Shown here: positions 17,214-24,872 of the stretch, piece after piece
Layout: each line of letters begins with the position of its first letter
How positions within the stretch are numbered: the first letter of the stretch is position 1
Translations under genes and position numbers: made by a program
Origin: Ignicoccus pacificus DSM 13166
GTDB lineage: Archaea; Thermoproteota; Thermoprotei_A; Sulfolobales; Ignicoccaceae
Direction: 5' to 3'
NCBI GenBank assembly: GCA_025340205.1
Contig: CP006868.1
Coordinates: forward strand, 780,001 to 812,000
DNA: 32,000 bases
The notes under the pieces: generated by a model
What the model saw: the letters and a program-made list of their open reading frames with translations, nothing else
The model's database searches: none
Told to the model about the DNA's origin: nothing

Positions 17214-17217
17214 GTGA

Positions 17218-18087
17218 ATGTCTAAGATAGCGGTGATCGGGAACGCTAATGCCGATTTAATAGCTTTCGTTGATGATTTACCCGAACTTGATGAAGTAAG
17301 GGAAGCTAAGGACTGGACCATAATGCCAGGAGGTTCCGGATCTAATTTTTCCATAGCAGCTAGAAGTCTCGGAGCTAATGTGACTTTAATGACTGCCATC
17401 GGTAATGGCAAATTCTCTGAACTCGTGAAGGAAGTTCTTCTCTTAAGAGGCATCAATCTCTATGCTATTCCAAAAGATGGAGAACAATCAATAATATTCA
17501 TAGCCTCGACTCCTAGAGGCAAGGTAATGTATTCGTTGAAAGGGGTATCACATCAACTTCGACCCGAAGATCTCCCCGGTGAATTGGATGCCGATATCCT
17601 GCACGTCGCATCAAAGTCGTCATCTTTCGTTGAAAGGTATTTGGGGAAAATTCCCCTAAGCTATTCCCCTGGACCCTCGTGCTTCTATGAACCTAGAAGA
17701 GTTAGGAAGCTTGTAAGGGAGCTCGACTTCTTATTCGTAAACGAACCCGAGGCCAGAGCTCTAGGACTTCTGGAGGAACCGCGTCCACTCCCCAAGAAGG
17801 CTCTCGTAATAACTATGGGCGATAAAGGTAGTTTAGTAATAACTAAGGACTTCAAATTGAGGGTGGGTGTGTACCCGGTGGAAAGGGTGGTCGATCCGAC
17901 TGGGGCCGGGGACACCTATGCCGCTGCGTTTGTGGTGACATATTTGGAGACTCGCGACTTGGCAGAAAGCGCCAGGAGGGCTGCCGTAGCCGGGGCTTTA
18001 GCGGTTACAGTAGTTGGGGGTTCTGTTGTACTAAATAGAGAGGTCGTAATAAAAGAGGCCAAGAAGGTAATAGTGGAAAGGGAATGA
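17218..18087 (+). CDS. PfkB-family (ribokinase-like) sugar/nucleoside kinase
   Basis: 289 aa. GGSGSNFS is the N-terminal di-Gly region and DPTGAGDTYAAAF is the PfkB signature 2. It starts 5 nt after ahcY. Substrate is not determinable; adenosine is plausible by context. Confidence 0.8.
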   Translation: MSKIAVIGNANADLIAFVDDLPELDEVREAKDWTIMPGGSGSNFSIAARSLGANVTLMTAIGNGKFSELVKEVLLLRGINLYAIPKDGEQSIIFIASTPRGKVMYSLKGVSHQLRPEDLPGELDADILHVASKSSSFVERYLGKIPLSYSPGPSCFYEPRRVRKLVRELDFLFVNEPEARALGLLEEPRPLPKKALVITMGDKGSLVITKDFKLRVGVYPVERVVDPTGAGDTYAAAFVVTYLETRDLAESARRAAVAGALAVTVVGGSVVLNREVVIKEAKKVIVERE

Positions 18088-18173
18088 GGAGGAGTCCGAC
18101 CACGATCGATGAAGAGAGCTCCATAGCCGACCCTCATTAAGCTTCCTTAAGTCGGGCTGGAAGGGGCAGAAAC

Positions 18174-18329
18174 GTGGTGGGACCCGAGATTATCCAGAAC
18201 AAAGGCCCTTTCCCTCCGACACCAGAGAACGTGTGGTTAGCGATAATAGCGGGTGCGATTTTTGGGGCTATCGTCGCTATAATCAGCGTTAGGGCGTTTA
18301 GGAAGGGTGGCGGCCCCGCCGGGATTTGA
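18174..18329 (+). CDS. Possible 51-codon single-pass membrane micro-protein
   Basis: GTG start. Translation: VVGPEIIQNKGPFPPTPENVWLAIIAGAIFGAIVAIISVRAFRKGGGPAGI, with one TM helix followed by basic residues. The Shine-Dalgarno is weak, and the 3' end overlaps the opposite-strand tRNA-Arg by 22 nt. Confidence 0.2.
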   Translation: MVGPEIIQNKGPFPPTPENVWLAIIAGAIFGAIVAIISVRAFRKGGGPAGI

Positions 18330-18401
18330 ACCCGGGACTACCGGCTTTCTTCGAAGGGCGCTTAGAAGGCCGGCGCCCTATCCTGGCTAGGCGACGGGGC
18401 C
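18308..18401 (-). tRNA. tRNA-Arg (anticodon TCT) with a 16-nt intron at the canonical 37/38 position and an encoded CCA
   Basis: Hand-folded. Acceptor GGCCCCG/CGGGGCC, D arm GCCT/GGGC, anticodon stem CCGGC/GCCGG, loop CTTCTA|intron|A, T arm CCGGG-TTCAAAT-CCCGG, discriminator G, CCA. The intron is at 18347-18362. TTTAAA at 18427-18432 lies about 26-31 nt upstream of the 5' end. Confidence 0.9.
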
Positions 18402-18496
18402 TCCAAGAGGGGCTCAGGCCAAGTAGTTTAAATGCTTTAGTTTATGTCTTGTTAATAAAGCATTATTCTAGTTATCCTTTGGTGATCACGCTGAAT

Positions 18497-19552
18497 TTGA
18501 AGATAATACCTATTCAATGGAAGGAAGGCAGGATGGTCTGGATAGACACTAGATTCATTCCTTGGGAAGAAATCTGGAGGGAGACCACCGATTACAAGAG
18601 AGTTGCTAAAGCGATTAAGGATATGGAAATCAGAGGTGCACCAGCGATAGGCGTAGCCGCTGCCTTTGGTATGGCGCTCGCAGCATACCACTCAACAGCT
18701 AAGGACGTTGACACCTTGTTAAAGGAGTTAGAGGAAGCTAAGTCCGTTCTTGCTAAGACCAGACCTACGGCAGTGAACTTGTTCTGGGCCTTGGATAGAA
18801 TGTGGGAAAAAGCGTTAGAGCTCTCACAAAAAGGCGATGTCGAGGCCGTCAAGGAAGGGTTGGTAGAGGAAGCCCTATCAATCCAGCGTGAAGACATTGA
18901 AACTAACATGAAAATGGGCAAGATCGGGGCCCAACTGATAGAAGATGGAGACGTGATACTAACCCATTGCAACACCGGAGCTCTAGCTACCGCAGGCTAC
19001 GGAACGGCCTTGGGTGTAATCAGAGCTGCTTGGGAGGAGGGTAAGAAAATTCAAGTAATCGCTACTGAGACCAGACCGGTAGCTCAAGGAGCGAGACTTA
19101 CCGTATGGGAACTCGTCAAGGAGGGTATACCCGCTAGATTGATAAGTGACACCATGGTTGGATATTTAATGAGTAAAAAGAAGATAGATAAGGTATTTCT
19201 GGGCGCGGACAGAATACTACTAAGCGGTCACTTCGCCAATAAAATAGGAACATACCAAATAGCCATACTCGCTCACTATCATAAAGTACCGTTCTACACA
19301 GTAGCGCCTACTTCCACGATAGATCCAAAGAGGACATTAGACGAGTTAATAATCGAAGAAAGGAATCCTGATGAGGTCAAGTGTTGCCCCTATCCTAAGG
19401 AGAAAATCTACATTACGGTACCCGAAGTGGAAGTTTACAACCCGGCGTTCGATGTAACGCCACCAGAGCTGGTAACTGGTATAGTTACGGAGAAGGGAAT
19501 AGCCTATCCGCCGTATTGGATTAGCCTGAGAAAGATTCTGGGGATGGGGTAG
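18497..19552 (+). CDS. mtnA: Methylthioribose-1-phosphate isomerase (aIF-2B-I / MtnA family)
   Basis: IQWKEGRMVWIDTRFIPWEE (the N-terminal w-dg-l-iDq--LP block), IRGAPAIGVAAAFGMALA, THCNTGALAT, ETRP..QGARLT and GADRI are family hallmarks. The track ORF start (18326) runs through the tRNA. Plausible starts are GTG 18482, TTG 18497 and ATG 18533. TTAATAAA lies at 18452-18459. Confidence 0.8.
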   Translation: MKIIPIQWKEGRMVWIDTRFIPWEEIWRETTDYKRVAKAIKDMEIRGAPAIGVAAAFGMALAAYHSTAKDVDTLLKELEEAKSVLAKTRPTAVNLFWALDRMWEKALELSQKGDVEAVKEGLVEEALSIQREDIETNMKMGKIGAQLIEDGDVILTHCNTGALATAGYGTALGVIRAAWEEGKKIQVIATETRPVAQGARLTVWELVKEGIPARLISDTMVGYLMSKKKIDKVFLGADRILLSGHFANKIGTYQIAILAHYHKVPFYTVAPTSTIDPKRTLDELIIEERNPDEVKCCPYPKEKIYITVPEVEVYNPAFDVTPPELVTGIVTEKGIAYPPYWISLRKILGMG

Positions 19553-19553
19553 T

Positions 19554-19706
19554 TCAAAGTTGATATGCTAAATAGGCCGCTATCGTGGCCAAGGCTACCG
19601 GGCACACTATTTTTGAAACCGTCGGATTATGACTGCATATCAAATACGCTATTCCGAAAACCACTAACAGTACAATTATGGCATCTACCAATCCCAACTT
19701 AATCAC
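19554..19706 (-). CDS. Possible 50-codon two-helix membrane micro-protein, translationally coupled to the radical-SAM gene
   Basis: The GTG at 19706 overlaps the upstream TGA stop (GTGA). Translation: VIKLGLVDAIIVLLVVFGIAYLICSHNPTVSKIVCPVALATIAAYLAYQL. The longer 94-aa track ORF would overlap the radical-SAM 3' end. Confidence 0.35.
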   Translation of the reverse strand: MIKLGLVDAIIVLLVVFGIAYLICSHNPTVSKIVCPVALATIAAYLAYQL

Positions 19707-20788
19707 CAAGGAGCGGTTATTCCGTGGAACCTCCCGCGGAAGTTTAATCTGAAGCCACATTTGGGACATCTGAAGTCTTCGGTCAGCTTCCATGCCACTA
19801 TATAGAAGCCGTATCTCTCTACTACGAGTTCCCCACACTTAGGACAATACGTGTTCTCCATGGGGTGACCGGGTACGTTACCTAAGTAGACGTAGTGAAG
19901 TCCTATTTCATCCTTTGCTATCTTCGCTAGTCTTTCTAAGGTCTCCACAGGAGTCGGTGGCAAGTCCCTCATTAGATAGTCAGGATGAAAACGTAGCAAG
20001 TGGAAGGGTGTTTCTGGTCCCAAATTATCTCTTATCCACTCTGCCAGTTTCCTCAAGTCTTCTTCCTTGTCTCCGACTTTTGGTACTATGAGATCGGTTA
20101 TCTCAATGAACCATCCAACATCTTTCATCGCTTTCAAGCTTTCGAATATCGGTGAAGGGTCTGGAACGGCCATATACCTCCGGTAAAACTCCTTGTTAGC
20201 TGATCCCTTGAAGTCTACTGTAACGGCATCCATGTAGTTACCTAGCTTCCTTATCGCCTCGGGAGTCATGTAACCGTTAGTAACCATAGTCGTGAATAAA
20301 CCTTCCTTCTTGGCAAGCTTGGCTACATCATACATATACTCAAAGAATATCGTTGGCTCGTTATAGGTAAAGCTTATTCCATCTACACCCATCCTCTTGG
20401 TAAGCTCAATTAATCTCTCAGGTTCCATGAAGTGACCGTATATCTCTTCCCTTCGTACTTGACTTAGTTCCCAGTTCTGACAAAAGCGGCAGAAGAAGTT
20501 GCAGCCAGCGGTACTGACGCTCATTACCTTAGCTCCAGGCTCAAAGTGCATTAGCGGTTTCTTCTCTATTGGATCTACATTAGCGGCCGTTAACAGTCCA
20601 TAAACTAAGGTGTATAGCTTACCACCTATGTTGGCCCTTACTCCGCAGACGCCGTAGGTGTCAGGTGGTAGTTTACACTTCCTCCAACATAGATCACATT
20701 CAACCCATCCGTTTTCCAGCTCTTTTGTTAGGTCTGGATCAGCTTCCTTCACCCACTTCTTCTCGAGCCAGAAGTCGAGTTTTCCCAA
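19703..20788 (-). CDS. amrS: AmmeMemoRadiSam-system radical SAM enzyme (PflA-like activase fold)
   Basis: 361 aa. N-terminal Cys cluster is CDLCWRKC...CGVR. Other blocks are DPIEKKPLMHF and STAGCNFFCRFCQNW (CxxxCxxC). C-terminal zinc-ribbon-like cysteines are CPKCG...CPKCG. Confidence 0.8.
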   Translation of the reverse strand: MGKLDFWLEKKWVKEADPDLTKELENGWVECDLCWRKCKLPPDTYGVCGVRANIGGKLYTLVYGLLTAANVDPIEKKPLMHFEPGAKVMSVSTAGCNFFCRFCQNWELSQVRREEIYGHFMEPERLIELTKRMGVDGISFTYNEPTIFFEYMYDVAKLAKKEGLFTTMVTNGYMTPEAIRKLGNYMDAVTVDFKGSANKEFYRRYMAVPDPSPIFESLKAMKDVGWFIEITDLIVPKVGDKEEDLRKLAEWIRDNLGPETPFHLLRFHPDYLMRDLPPTPVETLERLAKIAKDEIGLHYVYLGNVPGHPMENTYCPKCGELVVERYGFYIVAWKLTEDFRCPKCGFRLNFRGRFHGITAPW

Positions 20789-20797
20789 AGGCTATGC

Positions 20798-21244
20798 TCA
20801 CCTCTTCTCTTTCCTTCTGACTACAAGGACCGGGCAGTGAGCGTGGTTCGAGACGTACCTGGCCACGCTTCCAAGTATGAGGGCTTTGATTCCACTTAGT
20901 CCCCTAGTACCTAGGGCTATTAGGTCGGCGTCTAATTCCTCCGCCGCTTGAACTATTGTCTTACCAACATGACCCTCCTTGATTACCACTTCAGTCTTAA
21001 AACCAGCCTCCTCAGCCCTCTTCCTAGCTTCCTCTGTTATCTTCTTGGCATTCTCCTTCAGTTGCTCGAGGAGTTCTGCTACTAGTGAGGGCGGTGCGAC
21101 TGATTCTATACCAAATTCCTCGAGCGTAGGAATTACGTGTAGTACCACTATTTCCCACTTTTCTTTATTAAGGAGATCCAATACGTAATCTAGAGCATAC
21201 TTGCTATATTCAGATCCATCTACACAAACTACGGCCTTCTTCAA
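20798..21244 (-). CDS. Universal stress protein (UspA family)
   Basis: 148 aa with TTG start. KKAVVCVDGSEYSKYALDY... and the C-terminal LIALGTRGLSGIKALILGSVARYVSNHAHCPVLVV are the USP ATP-binding motif. Confidence 0.85.
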   Translation of the reverse strand: MKKAVVCVDGSEYSKYALDYVLDLLNKEKWEIVVLHVIPTLEEFGIESVAPPSLVAELLEQLKENAKKITEEARKRAEEAGFKTEVVIKEGHVGKTIVQAAEELDADLIALGTRGLSGIKALILGSVARYVSNHAHCPVLVVRRKEKR

Positions 21245-21291
21245 GTTTCACTCCCATAAGTCTATGGAAGGGTAAGGTTTTTGTGTTGGAG

Positions 21292-21417
21292 CTAACTCTT
21301 TACAAACAAAAGATACATTGCAATTAATGCTAACACCAAGGATAATATACTAATGAACAGAAGACCGGCTTCCTCTATAGCGACCCCCGGTCGGATCTTC
21401 TTCATTTCGGCCATCAT
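21292..21417 (-). CDS. Candidate 41-codon membrane micro-protein
   Basis: Not in the track. GGAGGTGATC, a 10-nt complement of the 16S rRNA 3' end, lies 6 nt upstream of ATG 21417. Translation: MMAEMKKIRPGVAIEEAGLLFISILSLVLALIAMYLLFVKS (one TM helix). It fills the gap between the ParA-like and USP genes on the same strand. Confidence 0.5.
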   Translation of the reverse strand: MMAEMKKIRPGVAIEEAGLLFISILSLVLALIAMYLLFVKS

Positions 21418-21458
21418 TAGCCTGATCACCTCCCTCCTCAACCCGGGCAATAAAGTCC

Positions 21459-22415
21459 TTAGAGGACGGGGACCAAGGTCTCACAGTGTATGTCCTTTAA
21501 TCTTCCCTCGACGGCTTGCTCCAAATAGTCCACGAATCTCTTAATTTGGAGCAGTGCCGGACTTGATTCAGGAGCATAATTCAAGGAGGCCGGTGAGGCT
21601 AGGCCTCCTGCGAACACGTCGTAGAGCTTTCCGTCGAAGGGTATAACCATGGCAACTCTGCCGTCTACTTCTTGACATAGGTCTTGGACGTATTCCTTAG
21701 CTTTGTTTATTTCATCTGGCGTTGGTCTAACCATGTTTACAACTGTACCGAGTACCGGAATGGACTTTGTATACCTCTGATGGAGTTGTCCTATCAACTT
21801 AATCATATTAGGTGTACTATCTGAGAGCAAGTTAAGCCAAGAGCTCGTCCTGGACAAGAGCCTTTGATAGGTGTAGTATGCTGCCCATGAAGGGACGGGG
21901 TAGTCGTTGAAGACTACATCATATCGCTTCGCTAAGGTCTCCACGGCGTTCTTCATCTTATCGACCATCTTTACTACTCTATGAGGGTCATTCATTTCTT
22001 CGAGAAGTCTGTTGATATTGTGAGGTATATCGTCATTTGCTACAGCTGGAACTATATGGATAGTGATAGAGCCTCTCCTTCCGCTTACCGTTGCCTCTCT
22101 TACAGCCGAAAGAATATCGGCTTCCTCAATGAGGACTTTGACCAAGCTGGGGCCAGTACCTAAATCTCTCAGCAATCTTAGGGAAAGTCTAGGAGACATT
22201 ATGTCCCAATCTATGAACACTACTTCACGTCCTCTCATTATCAGCTGAACGCCGCTCTCTAGCTGTATAGTAGTCTTACCTATACCTCCTTTTGGTGAGG
22301 AGTTTCCTATTGCGTTATGCACTTTCACTCTTTCAGGTAACATACTCTCTTCTACTTTTACAGCCTTTGGCTTCTTTCTCATGAATAGTAGCTTCAACAG
22401 TCTCAAGATGTTCAT
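21459..22415 (-). CDS. ParA/MinD-superfamily ATPase (deviant Walker A), unassigned subfamily
   Basis: SPKGGIGKTT is the deviant Walker A with the signature Lys. The hydrophobic strand VVFIDWD fits Walker A'/switch I. VVFNDYP fits Walker B. The preferred start is ATG 22415, preceded by GGTGGGAG and an AAAATATAA box at about 22461-22469. The track ORF starts at GTG 22439. Confidence 0.75.
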   Translation of the reverse strand: MNILRLLKLLFMRKKPKAVKVEESMLPERVKVHNAIGNSSPKGGIGKTTIQLESGVQLIMRGREVVFIDWDIMSPRLSLRLLRDLGTGPSLVKVLIEEADILSAVREATVSGRRGSITIHIVPAVANDDIPHNINRLLEEMNDPHRVVKMVDKMKNAVETLAKRYDVVFNDYPVPSWAAYYTYQRLLSRTSSWLNLLSDSTPNMIKLIGQLHQRYTKSIPVLGTVVNMVRPTPDEINKAKEYVQDLCQEVDGRVAMVIPFDGKLYDVFAGGLASPASLNYAPESSPALLQIKRFVDYLEQAVEGRLKDIHCETLVPVL

Positions 22416-22478
22416 CGTACTCCCACCACTCTTTGCCACTCATCTAGCGCTTTGATGGATTATATTTTGCCCTTCGCT

Positions 22479-24005
22479 TTATTCCTCCGAGTATCTCAAC
22501 TTAAGCTTCATGCCTAACTTTCCTTCCAGTTTCTTCAATTTCTTCGCTTTTCTAAGCACATTTTTCGATGCCCATCTAGGTATAGTAACGATCACCGTAT
22601 TATCCCTTATCTCCACGGACGTGGCCTCGGGAAGAATTCTCGTTATCATCTGTTGGAGCTTTTCAGCACCTCTACTCATCACTCTCTTGACCGGTATTAC
22701 CATAGTTTGTTCGCCCCAAGTGTAAATCTCATATTCGAGTTCACCAGTTAGGAAGTTCCTAACCTCAACTACCGGTCTAGCTAAGTCGGCTTCACGAAGC
22801 CCCGTGGGAAGCTTAACCGTCATCTGCAATTCGTAGACCTTAGCCACTGATCCGCTATCGATGAATATCACCGTGTCCACGATGCTAGGTATCATTCCTA
22901 ACTCGACTCTTCCTATGAGTCTCTGAACAGCGTCAATGGGAGTGGTGGCGTGGACTACCCCCACCATTCCTATCCCAGCCATTCTTAGATCAGAGTATAA
23001 CTTGAAGTCCTCGTCGGTTCTCATCTCATCGAATATCGTATAATCGGGTCTCGAGAGTAGCAGGATGGCATAGAGCTCACGAAGACTACTATGTTCTTTA
23101 GAGTACTGAGTTATCGTGGAGGGTAAGGCCATATCTCTTGGAGATTCTATGGTCTTTACTATCCTACCTCGTTCGGCGTAGTATTCGGCGAGGGCTTGAG
23201 CGAAGGTGGTCTTTCCGGCACCTGGAGAACCTGCTATTAATATTCCTTCTGCTCTTTCGTCTAATCTCTTTATCAACTTCTCAGGTAGGTCATAGTCCTC
23301 TAGCTTCAACTTTGCGACTGGTCTTACGGCCGTTATCTCCCATCCATCAGAAAGTGGAGGTCTCGTTATTACTATTCTATATTTACCTAACTGCACAACG
23401 GTGGTTCCAGGTTTGTCGACTTCGATGTAAGCGTCCTTCCTAGACCTAGCAGCTTCTATTATCTCGAGCGCCATTTCCTCTAGGTCCTTGGCTGTCAGTA
23501 TTTCATCGCTCACCGGAACCATTTCCCATTCTCCGGGTCTACCTTTCTTAGCCTTTGGAACATCACCTTCCTTCAAGTGTATACTCATAGTATCCTTATC
23601 GAAGTATTCCTCGAACTTCAGTTTGAGAGGTCTGAACTCTCCCGCAAAGAAGACCTTTATTCCCATAGAACTGGAGACTAGACTCTGAACTCTGTCTCCA
23701 GTGACCAATATAGCGTTCAACTTCTTAGCTAGCTCTCTTACCGCTTCATCCACATCTCTTTCTTTTCCTTCATACACCTCAAGTTTTATCAAACCTTCTT
23801 TCTCTAAGTCTCTAAGTGTGGCAACCTCTTCGAGGCCGGTAATTCCGGAGGCGAGACCGCTTCTCGCTTCTTTCTCAAGTTCTCTTAATATAGCAGAGTG
23901 TAATACTATCTTTCCTCTGAGGAACCCTTGCTTAATCAAGCGGGAGACCGTACCCCTCAACACAGTGCTCAAGTCGGGTACATACACTTCGAGTTCTGAC
24001 TCCAA
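22479..24005 (-). CDS. PIN-domain / PilT-type P-loop ATPase (COG1855-like conserved archaeal ATPase)
   Basis: 508 aa. The N-terminus [11 protein letters not shown]..., [11 protein letters not shown] and LVTGD are PIN-like. Walker A is [14 protein letters not shown] and Walker B is TIFDEMR. The start is either TTG 24005 or GTG 23987. Confidence 0.8.
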   Translation of the reverse strand: MESELEVYVPDLSTVLRGTVSRLIKQGFLRGKIVLHSAILRELEKEARSGLASGITGLEEVATLRDLEKEGLIKLEVYEGKERDVDEAVRELAKKLNAILVTGDRVQSLVSSSMGIKVFFAGEFRPLKLKFEEYFDKDTMSIHLKEGDVPKAKKGRPGEWEMVPVSDEILTAKDLEEMALEIIEAARSRKDAYIEVDKPGTTVVQLGKYRIVITRPPLSDGWEITAVRPVAKLKLEDYDLPEKLIKRLDERAEGILIAGSPGAGKTTFAQALAEYYAERGRIVKTIESPRDMALPSTITQYSKEHSSLRELYAILLLSRPDYTIFDEMRTDEDFKLYSDLRMAGIGMVGVVHATTPIDAVQRLIGRVELGMIPSIVDTVIFIDSGSVAKVYELQMTVKLPTGLREADLARPVVEVRNFLTGELEYEIYTWGEQTMVIPVKRVMSRGAEKLQQMITRILPEATSVEIRDNTVIVTIPRWASKNVLRKAKKLKKLEGKLGMKLKLRYSEE

Positions 24006-24071
24006 TCCTTCACTCCCTTTGAGACATCTTAAAAGGGGGTCTCAAAAATTCGGCTCTCCGGTAGCCAGAAA

Positions 24072-24872
24072 TTGCTCAACCTTACTACTCTTATGTTAGC
24101 GTTTCATATAATCTCCCTCAATAATTCGGTGAACTGCATATGGTACAATGATAGAAGCGGAAGTATTCTAGCAACAGACCTCACACTCTGGGAGCTACGC
24201 TTCTTGGTAGGCAACCGAGGATTATGCTATAACTCTACGTCATTAATGTCTCCACATGCCCCTCTTCGATTATTGTCTATGATTTCAAAGGATCTGGATT
24301 CTTTCATAAAATCTAATACAAGTGGGTTAGAGTATTCACAAGTATTAAAGGCAGAATGGTATGCTCTAATGCTCTCTACCTCTCCCTATAGGTTCAACTC
24401 AACATACTTACTAGACTGCGTCAAGAAAAATTCCAATAATGAAATAGGGAAGATCTGTCTCATTGCCTTAAAGGGTCTCTACAAGTCTATGGAAAGTAAC
24501 GTACTACCGACGAGGTACATAGACCCCTGTATACTTAACAACTTGAAGTACTTGAACTCTTCATTTTCGAAAAGCCTCGCGCTCTGGACCATATCGCAAT
24601 ACCTAGGATTAAGACCGCGTTTGCCTAGTACGGATATCTACTTAATTTCAGAACTTCTAAAGTCGGCATATGCATATTTCAAGTATTATAATCCAAAGTA
24701 CATTCAATTTATAAAGAATTTATACGCCGCCTTGACTGGTTCTTGTAGACCTCTAGAGGCGTACACGCTGTTGTTAAGTTACTTGACAAAGGGTAAAGAA
24801 TGGTGGATGTACTATCCCTTGTACTTAAAGATTCTATCGATGTTCTTTAAGCAGCGTTCAACGTCATCTTAA
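24072..24872 (+). CDS. Orphan hypothetical protein, AT-rich gene
   Basis: It is the only long ORF in any frame across about 800 nt of AT-rich DNA, which argues for real coding. It starts at TTG 24072 or ATG 24093. The protein is rich in Leu/Tyr/Ser/Asn/Lys and looks all-helical. No motif recognised. The 3' end overlaps the convergent sufB/D gene by 26 nt. Confidence 0.55.
   Translation: MLNLTTLMLAFHIISLNNSVNCIWYNDRSGSILATDLTLWELRFLVGNRGLCYNSTSLMSPHAPLRLLSMISKDLDSFIKSNTSGLEYSQVLKAEWYALMLSTSPYRFNSTYLLDCVKKNSNNEIGKICLIALKGLYKSMESNVLPTRYIDPCILNNLKYLNSSFSKSLALWTISQYLGLRPRLPSTDIYLISELLKSAYAYFKYYNPKYIQFIKNLYAALTGSCRPLEAYTLLLSYLTKGKEWWMYYPLYLKILSMFFKQRSTSS

Noticed and set aside
18326-18496. The 5' extension of the mtnA ORF (the track start at 18326 gives 408 aa).
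   Set aside because: The extension runs antisense through tRNA-Arg and its promoter. The conserved MtnA N-terminal block begins only at about 18500.
19707-19838. The upstream two-thirds of the 94-aa minus-strand ORF 19554..19838.
   Set aside because: It lies out of frame inside the radical SAM gene's 3' end. Only the part downstream of the GTGA junction looks like an independent membrane product.
21353-21544. A 63-aa plus-strand ORF in the USP/ParA gap.
   Set aside because: It overlaps the ParA-like gene's 3' end and is antisense to the micro-ORF that has a perfect 10-nt Shine-Dalgarno. It has no start context of its own.
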